DNA from: Fidelibacterota bacterium
Lineage (GTDB): Bacteria > Fidelibacterota > Marinisomatia > Marinisomatales > TCS55
DNA: 64,000 bases
Reading direction: 5' to 3'
Assembly (NCBI GenBank): GCA_046861385.1
Contig: JBHHTW010000009.1
Span: 1-64,000, forward strand
Shown: in pieces, positions 31,301 through 40,553 of the stretch
Layout: each line of letters begins with the position of its first letter
Numbering within the stretch: position 1 is the stretch's first letter
The notes under the pieces: model-generated
The model's database searches: none
What the model saw: only the letters and a program-made list of their open reading frames with translations
Told to the model about the DNA's origin: nothing
Program-made: the position numbers and the translations under genes

Positions 31301-31400
31301 GGTACGATTTGAAGCCAACGATTTGAGTGCCGGTGCATATCTCTATGTACTGGATACAGGATCGTATCGTTCCGTTAAGAAGATGATCTTCCTGAAGTAA
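28368..31400 (+). CDS. Large secreted multidomain protein (jelly-roll-like, PKD, DUF5011/Ig-like, beta-helix-like, T9SS-type CTD)
   Basis: AGGAG RBS; signal peptide; DGSGSSDPDGDPLTYSW; PVLTLIG..YTDPG..YTATDASGN; Asp-rich tract; QNYPNPFNPSTTI..KKMIFLK. Confidence 0.85.
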   Translation: MKISRYIILTCLMVLSTMSFLQAQNSVSRTAWEMNRGAGWSYLGFTLTSHGEISAYNNAIIPATTDPNWEPAPNPETIGFSEASILPGNCLSSVDYTYFQTFVNVPTNTTVTQFTIAFSGIDDGGRVTIYNSANPSGIVVPGSYVYLGGTGTSDLASYIVQGENRIVVTQVDDCPTGNNLQVANVVLNGQTVTPPVATVQTLTMIGGSGVVGDIDPYIDASLDGGQTWGPAYLTGWHPWGFVAGTNSWVNFDPDNTVGINSTTDYRIQFYIPSTFSNPTMTFQLKADNEGIVSINGTQVADVVGQGGGSVPDLTVNQALHTGLNEITIQLIDWGGIVGLNYSVELTMESDQDFQLQPAENVSNQAPVAVAGVDQSFDCVIGNQSVTFDGSGSSDPDGDPLTYSWSDGTSEVSTAASFTTALGAGAHTFTLTVDDGNGGTTSDEVVITVNADEVAPVLTLIGDNPIQTVCHFGYTDPGVTVEDNCDTNPTVVMDTSLVDTLAVGSYIVTYTATDASGNTVSVERTVEVTNNAPVVDNAVGGVTLEFGGVLTTTIDLTTIFSDADEHALTFSATNSDASFASSSITGSLLTLDAVDLGSSDITVTATDVCGASVTDMFTVNVDVVEDLALSVIFASNSTQLKKEVDVSSGNILVNNVLINDDDDDDDGDDHDDGDDHDDDSFELKIDKKVNIASGFVVKANRIEIKKDSDVDSDVYYNELDNDGDINGVEFYPLSTPLFVSFPPFKSAPAGSQNIKVDKNQTVVLAPGDYGKIEVKDNGSLTFSGGVYNVKSIKLKKKGKLRIEGEVEVRVEKSLETGKEAYVGPANGSMVEPSDIIFYVAGAGEHDHQKVKFEKKGTIYGTIYAPNSKIDVKEEVDVIGALYGFEVKVDKKANLTLDSFFDLSGAGNSAKQMAWSSEPEFETIPTEFSLSQNYPNPFNPSTTISYALSDEGFVSIKVFDLLGREVASLVNRTQDAGRYQVRFEANDLSAGAYLYVLDTGSYRSVKKMIFLK

Positions 31401-31422
31401 TCTCTAAGCAGAGTAGCAAGTA

Positions 31423-31460
31423 AAAGAAAAAGGGCAGTCAACCGGCTGCCCTTTTTCTTT
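31423..31460. terminator. Bidirectional intrinsic terminator
   Basis: AAAGAAAAAGGGCAGTC-AACC-GGCTGCCCTTTTTCTTT between convergent genes. Confidence 0.85.
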
Positions 31461-31590
31461 GTGCCGTGATCATCTTTGATCACGGGCATATTAATTTAAT
31501 CAAACCCTCCAGCAAGGGTGCTGGAAGCACAGTGCCTTGATCACGAATGGAGTTAAAATTTATTTGTTAGACTGATATTTCTTAAATAAA

Positions 31591-32052
31591 CTACTCTTCC
31601 CCTATATCCTCATTCCAAATGTCCGGATTCTTTTGGATATAATCTGAAAGCATTTTGATACATTCTTCAGACTGAAGGTCAATTATCGTAACACCGTTTT
31701 CTTTTAACCACTCAGTCCCACCGGAAAAATTAACCGATTCTCCTACAATTACTGTTTTAATTTTAAACTGTCGTATCAATCCGCTGCAGTACCAGCATGG
31801 CGCCAGTGTTGTTACCATAATGATATTTGAATAGGATCGTTGCCTACCTGCATTTCTGAAAGCGTCTGTTTCACCATGGATGGAAGGATCGTCGTCCTGG
31901 ATTCTTCTATTGTGACCTTTTCCCACCAATGTTCCATCATCTCGAAAAAGAGCAGCACCAATAGGAATACCACCTTCGGATAAGCCTTTTCGAGCTTCAT
32001 TGATAGCCACATCCAGCATCTGGATGTTTGTAGGAGTTAAATCTGTTTTCAT
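31591..32052 (-). CDS. Cytosine/nucleoside deaminase (yeast FCY1-like fold)
   Basis: EGGIPIG, HGE and PCWYC zinc motifs, WNEDIGE end; likely ATG at 32052. Confidence 0.92.
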   Translation of the reverse strand: MKTDLTPTNIQMLDVAINEARKGLSEGGIPIGAALFRDDGTLVGKGHNRRIQDDDPSIHGETDAFRNAGRQRSYSNIIMVTTLAPCWYCSGLIRQFKIKTVIVGESVNFSGGTEWLKENGVTIIDLQSEECIKMLSDYIQKNPDIWNEDIGEE

Positions 32053-32104
32053 TATGAATGTGTTATTAATTTCCAACTAAATCATCATAGATCAAAATAT
32101 ATTC

Positions 32105-33493
32105 ATGACAGAACATAAAACATCATTATTGTATGGCATAGATGACCATCCGCCCTTCATCGAAACAGTGATATTAGGGTTTCAACATTATTTGACCATG
32201 TTTGGCTCAACGGTCGCCATTCCCCTATTGTTGGCCCCGGCGTTTGGAATCAACAATCCTGTTGAAAAAGGGTGGCTCATTGCCACCATGTTTTTCGTTA
32301 GCGGAATAACCACTTTATTGCAAACCACTTGGGGAAATCGCCTTCCTATCGTCCAGGGGGGAACATTTTCGTTTTTAGCACCCACATTTGCCATCTGTGG
32401 AATGGCTGCCCTAGCCAATGCCGGTTGGGAAGTAAGAATGCAGCATGTTCAGGGAGCTATCATCGCTGGTTCTTTGGTGGAAATATTTGTCGGTGCCAGC
32501 GGAATGATTGGTCGGTTGTTGAAATTTGTTGGACCCATTACCATTGCACCCACCATTGCACTAATCGGTCTCGCTCTGTTTAAATTCGGAGCACCAGAGG
32601 CAGGTCGTCATTGGCCTATCGGTGGACTGACTATTTTTCTGATTATTCTGTTTAGTCAATATCTCCGGCAAAAAAATCGTATATTTGAGTTATACCCAAT
32701 TTTACTGGCCATCATTACTACGTGGATTGTTTCAGCAATATTTACAGGATTAGGCATTTTCCCGAAAGGGCATCCTTCTCACACCAGTTTTGAAAACCTA
32801 AAAAATACACCCTGGTTTCGGATTCCATACCCCTTTCAATGGGGATTCCCGAAATTTGGTGCAGCGGCGATTGTGGGAATGCTGGCAGGATATATCGCCT
32901 CTATGGTAGAATCCATAGGGGATTATTATGCATGTGCCAGGTTATCAGGCGCTCCCATACCCGACAAAAAAACTATTAACCGTGGTATTACATTCGAAGG
33001 GATCGGATGCTTTATCGCTGGTATTTTTGGAACGGGAAATGGAACCACATCTTATAGCGAAAATATTGGTGCAATTGGTTTAACACGTGTAGGTTCCCGC
33101 CGGGTGGTCCAAGCCGGTGCTATTATCATGATTCTTTTGGGATCCATTTCCAAATTTGGTGCCCTTTTTACCACAATACCTCAACCGATTGTAGGCGGAA
33201 TGTACTGCGCCATGTTTGGTATGATTGCAGCTGTTGGTTTATCCAACCTGCAATTTGTAGATCTTAATTCCGCCAGAAACCTATTTATCCTTGGTTTTGC
33301 TTTTTTTATGGGTCTGTCCGTTCCTGAATATTTTCTTCAGCACCCAATGGATTTTGAGCCTGAATGGCTTGCAAATATATTAAATACTCTGGGAAGCACT
33401 GGTATGGCTGTGGGTGCTTTCACAGCTTTGGTTTTGGATAATACTGTCTCGGGAACAGATAAAGAACGCGGTTTAAATGCCTGGGGGAAATAA
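32105..33493 (+). CDS. NCS2 (uracil/xanthine) permease
   Basis: GFQHYLTM, ESIGDY, signature SYSENIGAIGLTRVGSR. Confidence 0.95.
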   Translation: MTEHKTSLLYGIDDHPPFIETVILGFQHYLTMFGSTVAIPLLLAPAFGINNPVEKGWLIATMFFVSGITTLLQTTWGNRLPIVQGGTFSFLAPTFAICGMAALANAGWEVRMQHVQGAIIAGSLVEIFVGASGMIGRLLKFVGPITIAPTIALIGLALFKFGAPEAGRHWPIGGLTIFLIILFSQYLRQKNRIFELYPILLAIITTWIVSAIFTGLGIFPKGHPSHTSFENLKNTPWFRIPYPFQWGFPKFGAAAIVGMLAGYIASMVESIGDYYACARLSGAPIPDKKTINRGITFEGIGCFIAGIFGTGNGTTSYSENIGAIGLTRVGSRRVVQAGAIIMILLGSISKFGALFTTIPQPIVGGMYCAMFGMIAAVGLSNLQFVDLNSARNLFILGFAFFMGLSVPEYFLQHPMDFEPEWLANILNTLGSTGMAVGAFTALVLDNTVSGTDKERGLNAWGK

Positions 33494-33696
33494 ATGAACT
33501 TTTTAATAAGAAAAACCACATAGATTCGCGAAGATAATGAAAGAAATTGATTACAACAATCAGCAATAGTTAATGGTTATATTCTATAAACTAACTGAAT
33601 TAGACATAAAAATATTCAACACCTACCTGACTGCCACCTTCAATTTTTTTCAGATGGGGCAGGCGGGCAGCGTTGGCAATTTATTATGATTGGATG

Positions 33697-33805
33697 TTAT
33701 AGACATTTGACTCCTATCGGAGTCTTTAAAATGAAAAGAAATCCCATAGGGATTGCATGTCTATAAAGACACTGAACCCAGCAAATACGAACTCCGTCGG
33801 AGTTC
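33697..33805. repeat. REP/REPIN-like inverted pair plus third palindrome
   Basis: TTATAGACATTTGACTCCTATCGGAGTC faces AATCCCATAGGGATTGCATGTCTATAA; then GAACTCCGTCGGAGTTC. Confidence 0.6.
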
Positions 33806-33943
33806 AACAAGGTGGTTTAAACAGTATGCAAATCAGTTTATCTTTAGAGCATAGCTATGATACTGCTATTATCTGTTATTTTTGTTCTTTGTGTAATCTT
33901 CGTGCTCTTGGCGGCAAAAAAAACATTAACTTGGGAGAAAATT

Positions 33944-35341
33944 ATGTCTATACTGATTAAAAACGGCCGGGTTATCACAGCAGTGGATGACTACATGGGC
34001 GATGTTTATATCGAAAATGAGACGGTGTCTCTAATTGGTGAAAACTTGGAAATGGAAGCAGATGATGTCATTGATGCTACAGGAAAATATCTTTTTCCCG
34101 GAGGACTGGATCCACATACCCATTTTGACATGCCTTTTGGGGGTACGGTTACAGCTGATAATTTTGAAACCGGAACCAGAGCTGCTGCTCATGGAGGAAC
34201 AACTACTATCATTGATTTTGCCATCCAAACCATGGGGCATTCTGCCCTGGAAGGGCTGGATACATGGCATAAAAAAGCGGAGGGGAACACAGCCATTGAT
34301 TATGGCTTTCACATGATTCTCACGGATATGGAAGGCGAACATCTTTCGGAGATGAAGACTCTGGTGGGTGAAGGTGTTACTTCCTATAAGCTGTTCATGG
34401 CCTATCCCGGTGTACTTTACATGGATGATGGAATGATTTACCGTACCATGCGCCAGGCGGGCGACTTAGGAGCCATGATTTGTATGCATGCAGAAAACGG
34501 GATTGTTATTGATGAAATTATTCGGAAAACAGTTCAGGAGGGAAAAACAGAACCAAAATGGCATTCTTTGACTCGACCAACCCAGATGGAAGCAGAAGCA
34601 GTCCATAGAACAGTTTCAATCTCTAAAGAAGCAGGTGTTCCGATATATATTGTCCATCTCACTTCTTCCGATGCTCTGGATGAAATCATCGCAGCCCGGG
34701 ATGAGGGATTACCGGTGTATTCTGAAACCTGTCCTCAATATCTTTTCCTTGATTTTAGTTATTATGAAAAAGAAAATTTCGAAGGGGCAAAATATGTCAT
34801 GTCTCCACCCTTACGTGAAAAATGGAATCAGGATGAACTCTGGTACGGTTTACAAACAAACAATGTGCAGGCAGTATCTACGGACCATTGTTCTTTTCGT
34901 TTTAAAGATCAAAAAACAATGGGAAAAGACCTTTTTACGAAGATACCCAATGGTGCGCCGGGCGTTGAAAACCGCATGAGTCTTTTATATCAAGGCGGTG
35001 TAGTCGAAGGACGAATTTCGTTAAATAGATTTGTGGAAATTACGTCTACATCTGCCGCAAAATTATTCGGATTATTTCCAAAAAAAGGAACTATCGCTGT
35101 TGGAAGTGATGCAGACATTGTCATATTTGATCCGAATAGAAAGGAAACGATCAGCGTAAACAATGCCTGCACGCATCACATGAACGTAGATTACAGTTCC
35201 TACGAGGGTTTTGAAGTAAAAGGATTTACCGAAACGGTGTTATCCCGAGGAAAAGTGATCATTAAAGATTGTGAGTATGTTGGAAAAAAAGGCGATGGGC
35301 AATTTCAAAAACGCAGTCTTTTTAGTGGATTAAAATCATAA
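33944..35341 (+). CDS. hydA: Dihydropyrimidinase
   Basis: PGGLDPHTH, SYKLFMAY, MHAENG, STDHC, IPNGAPGVE; ATG 33944 follows a GGAG RBS. Confidence 0.95.
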   Translation: MSILIKNGRVITAVDDYMGDVYIENETVSLIGENLEMEADDVIDATGKYLFPGGLDPHTHFDMPFGGTVTADNFETGTRAAAHGGTTTIIDFAIQTMGHSALEGLDTWHKKAEGNTAIDYGFHMILTDMEGEHLSEMKTLVGEGVTSYKLFMAYPGVLYMDDGMIYRTMRQAGDLGAMICMHAENGIVIDEIIRKTVQEGKTEPKWHSLTRPTQMEAEAVHRTVSISKEAGVPIYIVHLTSSDALDEIIAARDEGLPVYSETCPQYLFLDFSYYEKENFEGAKYVMSPPLREKWNQDELWYGLQTNNVQAVSTDHCSFRFKDQKTMGKDLFTKIPNGAPGVENRMSLLYQGGVVEGRISLNRFVEITSTSAAKLFGLFPKKGTIAVGSDADIVIFDPNRKETISVNNACTHHMNVDYSSYEGFEVKGFTETVLSRGKVIIKDCEYVGKKGDGQFQKRSLFSGLKS

Positions 35342-35362
35342 ACAATTTTAAGGAGAACCCTT

Positions 35363-36229
35363 ATGCCAAGAAAAATTAAATCCGGTTTAATCCAGATGAG
35401 CCTCCCAATGACGGAAGGAGAAGGAACCATTGAAGAAATCAAACGAGCCATGACGGACAAACACATTCCGTTAATTGAAAATGCCGGGCAGCAAGGTGTG
35501 CAGATATTATGTCTTCAGGAAATTTTTAATACACCCTATTTCTGTCCCGGGCAGGATAGTGCTTGGTATGCGTCTGCAGAATCTGTTCCCGGACCTGCCA
35601 TTGAAGAAATGCAATCTTATGCCAGAAAATACAATATGGTGATGGTGGTTCCTGTGTACGAAAAAGAACAGGCCGGTGTTTTATATAATACAGCAGCCGT
35701 CATTGATGCTGATGGGTCTTATTTGGGGAAATACAGGAAAAACCACATTCCCCATACTTCTGGTTTTTGGGAAAAATTCTTTTTCCGTCCCGGGAATTTA
35801 GGATACCCTGTTTTTGAAACTGCCTATGCAAATATTGGTGTTTACATTTGCTATGACAGACACTTCCCGGAGGGGGCCCGTGCGTTGGGGTTAAATGGAG
35901 CTGAAATTGTTTACAATCCATCAGCCACCGTGGCGGGATTATCTCAATATTTATGGAAACTGGAACAGCCGGCTCATGCCGTGGCCAATGGTTATTTCAT
36001 GGGTTGTATCAACCGGGTCGGGAAAGAAAAACCCTGGAATTTGGGGCAATTTTATGGCAGCTCCTACTTTGTAGATCCCAGGGGAAATATTTTTGCATCT
36101 GCTTCAGAAGATAAGGATGAATTGTTAGTGGCTGAATTCGATTTAGATATGATTGATGAAGTACGGTCTACCTGGCAGTTTTACCGAGATCGGAGACCGG
36201 AATCTTATGATGAATTGGTCATGCTTTAA
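35363..36229 (+). CDS. Beta-ureidopropionase (nitrilase superfamily)
   Basis: E-K-C triad (LQE, YRKNHIP, ICYDRH), FWEKFFF, FYRDRRP; pathway context. Confidence 0.9.
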   Translation: MPRKIKSGLIQMSLPMTEGEGTIEEIKRAMTDKHIPLIENAGQQGVQILCLQEIFNTPYFCPGQDSAWYASAESVPGPAIEEMQSYARKYNMVMVVPVYEKEQAGVLYNTAAVIDADGSYLGKYRKNHIPHTSGFWEKFFFRPGNLGYPVFETAYANIGVYICYDRHFPEGARALGLNGAEIVYNPSATVAGLSQYLWKLEQPAHAVANGYFMGCINRVGKEKPWNLGQFYGSSYFVDPRGNIFASASEDKDELLVAEFDLDMIDEVRSTWQFYRDRRPESYDELVML

Positions 36230-36300
36230 ATTCAACTCATGTAAATCTATAAAAAGGTCCGCAAAAATTATGGGAATTATTATGCATTTTGACCCAATAA

Positions 36301-36449
36301 TTCCCCCTTGTCAAAGGGGGATCAAGGGGGTTATATCAAAGATAGACAAAACCCATATTTGAATGAAAATCCATTACAATCCAAAACTAAAAAACTTTGG
36401 CGGCCGAATACGTTTAGAGTTGATATTTTACAATTATATATGTTCATAA
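36301..36449 (+). pseudogene. Palindromic repeat plus 5' remnant of a DUF559-like endonuclease gene
   Basis: TCCCCCTTGTCAAAGGGGGATCAAGGGGG then MKIHYNPKLK from 36363, with an apparent frameshift in an A-run (would read KTLA). Confidence 0.5.
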
Positions 36450-36480
36450 ATCTTACGATTAACATAACCGGAGTCATTAG

Positions 36481-37776
36481 ATGAAAAGCCAGGATATACG
36501 TAATAAACATAAAAAGTATCTTTTTCCAGCTGTATCCAATTTTTACCAGGAATCCATTGTGGTCTCCAGCGGAAAAGGTGCCCGTATCACCGATATGGAT
36601 GGACATTCTTACTTGGACTTTTTTGGTGGCATTTTAACCGTATCTGTCGGTCATGCCAATGAAGAAGTCAATGATGCCATCATCGCCCAAGTCAACCGAT
36701 TAAGTCATATTTCAACATTATATCCGGTAGAATCTGTGGTGGAATTGGCCGAGCGCCTGGTAAAACTAACCCCGGGAAATTTAGAAAAATGTTTTTTTAC
36801 TGCTTCCGGTACAGAAGCAGACGAAACGGCCGTCATGATGGCACAACTTTCCACAGGGAATATGGAATTCATTACCCTTCGCCATGCTTATTCCGGCAGA
36901 TCCATGTTAGCCCAATCTTTAACAGCCCATTCAACCTGGAGAGCCCTTCCTACCCAGGTAGCTGCAGTCAAACATGCTCTTTCACCATATTGTTATCGGT
37001 GCCCCCTTAAAACAACCTATCCGGAATGCGGAGTGGCCTGTGCGGAAGATGTCGATGAATTGATTCGAACCACCACCACCGGAGAAATTGCCGGCATGAT
37101 GGTGGAACCAATTCAGGGTGTGGGTGGATTTATTACCCCTCCCAAAGAATATTTTACTGTTGTAGCCGAGATCGTTCGAAAATATGGAGGTGTATTTATT
37201 TCTGATGAAGTCCAAACCGGGTTCGGCCGGACGGGAAAAATGTGGGGAATAGAGCATTATGGCGTTGAGCCTGATATGATGACCATGGCCAAAGGTATCG
37301 CCAATGGACTTCCGTTGGCAGCCATTGTGACCACCGGCGATATTGCCGATTCAATTGTTAAACATACCATATCTACCTTTGGCGGCAATCCGGTCAGCTG
37401 TGCTGCTTCCAATAAAACAATAGAAATTATCCTCCGAGATCATCTGGCTGAAAATGCTGAAAATATGGGTGCTATTCTTCGAAAAGGCTTGGAAAATATT
37501 CAAATGAAATATCCGAAAATAGTCGGCGATATCCGTGGGATGGGACTGATGCAGGCCATTGAATTTGTCGTAGATGAAACAGGAGGAGATCGAACTCCCA
37601 ATCCAAAAGGGGTCGATCAATTTATGGAAGAAACAAAAAAACGGGGGTTACTGATTGGCAGAGGGGGACTTTCCGGGAACGTAGTCCGCATTTCTCCCCA
37701 TCTAAATACAACCAAAAACGATGTGGAAACGGCCTTGGAAATTTTATCTGATTCATTTGCAGTATTAAGTAGTTGA
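36481..37776 (+). CDS. Class III aminotransferase, probable beta-alanine transaminase
   Basis: YLDFFGG, EPIQGVGG, SDEVQTGFGR, PLP lysine in MAKG, STFGGNP. Confidence 0.9.
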   Translation: MKSQDIRNKHKKYLFPAVSNFYQESIVVSSGKGARITDMDGHSYLDFFGGILTVSVGHANEEVNDAIIAQVNRLSHISTLYPVESVVELAERLVKLTPGNLEKCFFTASGTEADETAVMMAQLSTGNMEFITLRHAYSGRSMLAQSLTAHSTWRALPTQVAAVKHALSPYCYRCPLKTTYPECGVACAEDVDELIRTTTTGEIAGMMVEPIQGVGGFITPPKEYFTVVAEIVRKYGGVFISDEVQTGFGRTGKMWGIEHYGVEPDMMTMAKGIANGLPLAAIVTTGDIADSIVKHTISTFGGNPVSCAASNKTIEIILRDHLAENAENMGAILRKGLENIQMKYPKIVGDIRGMGLMQAIEFVVDETGGDRTPNPKGVDQFMEETKKRGLLIGRGGLSGNVVRISPHLNTTKNDVETALEILSDSFAVLSS

Positions 37777-37851
37777 GTGGAATTTCTATTACACATTCCC
37801 ATAAAATAATGATTAACAACCACCGTTTTGATAACTATTAATCATAGGTAA

Positions 37852-39204
37852 ATGAATATGGAATCTCCATTAAGTAACCATCGGTTAGAAACACAGTTTA
37901 AAGATTCAAAACCATTGTATTCCGAATCTGAAGCAAGGATTGAAGCCAACCGTTGCCTCTATTGTTATGACGCGCCTTGTATTAAAGCCTGCCCTACAGG
38001 AATTGATATTCCGGGATTTATTCGAAAAATTGCTTCAGGCAATATTCGGGGATCTGCCCAAACCATTTTTCAATCAAATATATTGGGCTCTTCCACGGCC
38101 AGAGTATGTCCGGTGGAAGAATTATGTGCCGGAGCCTGTGTATACAATGACCTGGATCATCACCCAATTCAAATCGGTCGTCTGCAACGATTCGCAACCC
38201 AACGGGCTCTTGAATTAGAAAAAAATAGCCAAAGACCTCTCTTCATACCACTCCCGAAAATAAATAAAAAAGTGGCTCTCATTGGAGCCGGACCTGCCTC
38301 ATTGGCCTGTGGTGCCTATCTCGCTTTGGAAGGCGTTGAAGCGGTCATTTTTGAAAAATCCCAAATACCGGGTGGTTTAAATGTTTCTGGTATTGCTCCT
38401 TACAAATTCATGGCACAGGACGGAATGAACGAAATTCATTGGTTGCAACAATTTGGAATAACGATTCATACGGGTGTTAATATTGGGAAGGATGTAAAAG
38501 TAAAGGATCTTTTGACAGAATATCATGCTGTTTTTCTTGGAATCGGATTGGGGCATGATTCTTTTCCTAAAATTCCAGGGGAAGAACTGGAAAATGTATG
38601 GGGTGCTACCAATTTAATCAGGAGAATTAAAAATGATCCTGATTTTGATCTGCCTAAAAACCTGAAAAAAGTTATTGTAGTCGGTGGTGGAAACACGGCT
38701 ATTGATATCGCCAGAGAACTGGCCATACTTGGCGTACCTGAAGTCGATATTGTCTATCGAAGGACAGAAGATGTCATGCCCGGGTATCACCACGAGCTGG
38801 TTCTTGCCAAAGCAAATGGCGTACGTCTGGTGGAAAAACAAACGCCGGTAAAAATATTAAAAAAGGAAGATGGGACACTGGAGTTTTTCACAAAACATAC
38901 CGATACAAAATCACCAATGATTCATCAGACCGATTGGATAGTCATGGCCATTGGTCAATCAAAAATCGCCCGGGATTTGGTTCCCCGTTTGGCCGTAGAT
39001 GAAAAAGGCCGGGTGTCGGTTGATGACGACACGGGGGAAACATCGATTCCGGGACTTTATGCCGGTGGAGATTGTATCAATGGCGGAAAAGAAGTGGTGA
39101 ATGCCTCCGCTGACGGCAGAGATGCCGCTCATGCCATGTTAAAAAGTTGGGGAATGACCCCCGTTTTTACAAACCCTAAATTCAGGAGCAATGGAAATGG
39201 CTGA
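37852..39204 (+). CDS. preT: Dihydropyrimidine dehydrogenase subunit PreT
   Basis: RCLYCYDAPCIKACP, RVCPVEELC, GAGPA, GGGNTAID. Confidence 0.92.
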   Translation: MNMESPLSNHRLETQFKDSKPLYSESEARIEANRCLYCYDAPCIKACPTGIDIPGFIRKIASGNIRGSAQTIFQSNILGSSTARVCPVEELCAGACVYNDLDHHPIQIGRLQRFATQRALELEKNSQRPLFIPLPKINKKVALIGAGPASLACGAYLALEGVEAVIFEKSQIPGGLNVSGIAPYKFMAQDGMNEIHWLQQFGITIHTGVNIGKDVKVKDLLTEYHAVFLGIGLGHDSFPKIPGEELENVWGATNLIRRIKNDPDFDLPKNLKKVIVVGGGNTAIDIARELAILGVPEVDIVYRRTEDVMPGYHHELVLAKANGVRLVEKQTPVKILKKEDGTLEFFTKHTDTKSPMIHQTDWIVMAIGQSKIARDLVPRLAVDEKGRVSVDDDTGETSIPGLYAGGDCINGGKEVVNASADGRDAAHAMLKSWGMTPVFTNPKFRSNGNG

Positions 39205-40540
39205 TTTATCAACAAATTTTTCCGGTATAAAAAGTCCTAATCCTTTCTGGCTGGCCTCCGGACCTCCCACCAATTGCGGTGAACAAATTATGCGGGCATT
39301 TGATGCCGGCTGGGGTGGTGCAGTCTGGAAAACGCTCGGCATCCCGGTGGTGAATGTTTCATCACGATTGGCGGCAGTCGATTATTCAGGAAATAAAATG
39401 TCCGGACTTAATAATATTGAGCTCATTACCGATCGGCCTTTAGAATCAAATTTTAAGGAAATCACCGAAGTAAAAAAACGCTATCCTGATCACGCAGTTA
39501 TTGTTTCTCTCATGGTGGAAAGTAAGGAGGAGTGGAAGGAAATAATACAGCGGTCGGAAGATGCCGGCGCCGATGGCCTTGAACTTAATTTTGGCTGTCC
39601 CCATGGGATGTGCGAACGGGGAATGGGTAGTTCTGTCGGTCAGGAGCCAAAAGTCCTGGAACTCATTACGTCTTGGGTAATGGAATATGCCCAAACGCCT
39701 GTTTTGGTGAAATTAACACCCAACACCGGTGACATTCTCATTCCTGGATTGGCGGCTGTCTCCGGTGGAGCTAATGGGATTTCTTTGATTAATACGATCA
39801 AATCCATCATTGGTGTCAATCTGGATACACTCGTGCCCATGCCCAATGTGGGTGGACAAAGTACCAACGGTGGATACTGTGGTCCGGCGGTAAAACCCAT
39901 TGCCCTTCATATGCTGTCTGCTTTGGCCCGGGAACCTAAAATAAATATTCCTGTCTCAGGGATCGGCGGTATATCCACATGGCAGGATGCAGCTGAATTT
40001 CTCGCTCTCGGGGCTACCAGTGTACAGGTTTGTACAGCCGTCATGCATTATGGCTATCGGATCGTGGAAGATCTCATCGACGGTCTATCTAACTATCTGG
40101 ATGATAAAGATATGAAATCTGTGAAAGGACTGATCGGGAAAGCTTCCAATCATGTTACCGATTGGGGAGATCTCGATTTGAATTTTGGTGTCGTTCCGAA
40201 AATTGATTCTGAAAAATGTATTGGTTGTCAACTATGTTATATAGCCTGCCTGGATGGCGCCCACCAGTGCATCCATACACGCCAAAACTTATGTTGGTCT
40301 TTTCACGGAACATCAGATCATGGGGTCAATCCACGGATAGAAGTGGGTCCCGCTGTGACCCATAAAACGGATGAACAATTACCAGATCATGTTCCTTTCG
40401 TAGACGAAGATGAATGTATTGGATGCAATTTATGCAGCCTGGTTTGTCCTGTTCCGGGATGCATTACCATGGAAGAAATTCCCCACTCTAAAGGGAAGGA
40501 ATCCTGGAATGAACGGGTAGCAAAGGGGTTGGATCAATAA
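39197..40540 (+). CDS. preA: Dihydropyrimidine dehydrogenase subunit PreA
   Basis: PNPFWLAS, NNIELI, LNFGCPHGMCERGMG, two 4Fe-4S motifs (CIGCQLC, CIGCNLC..CP). Confidence 0.95.
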   Translation: MADLSTNFSGIKSPNPFWLASGPPTNCGEQIMRAFDAGWGGAVWKTLGIPVVNVSSRLAAVDYSGNKMSGLNNIELITDRPLESNFKEITEVKKRYPDHAVIVSLMVESKEEWKEIIQRSEDAGADGLELNFGCPHGMCERGMGSSVGQEPKVLELITSWVMEYAQTPVLVKLTPNTGDILIPGLAAVSGGANGISLINTIKSIIGVNLDTLVPMPNVGGQSTNGGYCGPAVKPIALHMLSALAREPKINIPVSGIGGISTWQDAAEFLALGATSVQVCTAVMHYGYRIVEDLIDGLSNYLDDKDMKSVKGLIGKASNHVTDWGDLDLNFGVVPKIDSEKCIGCQLCYIACLDGAHQCIHTRQNLCWSFHGTSDHGVNPRIEVGPAVTHKTDEQLPDHVPFVDEDECIGCNLCSLVCPVPGCITMEEIPHSKGKESWNERVAKGLDQ

Positions 40541-40553
40541 GTAATACTAGCAT

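Noticed and set aside
31464-31527. Extra hairpins after the 31.4-kb terminator as an ncRNA
   Set aside because: Two short stems without a recognisable motif; insufficient support.
33857-33943. Hydrophobic N-terminal extension of HydA as a signal peptide
   Set aside because: ATG 33944 has a GGAG RBS and matches the usual cytoplasmic HydA start.
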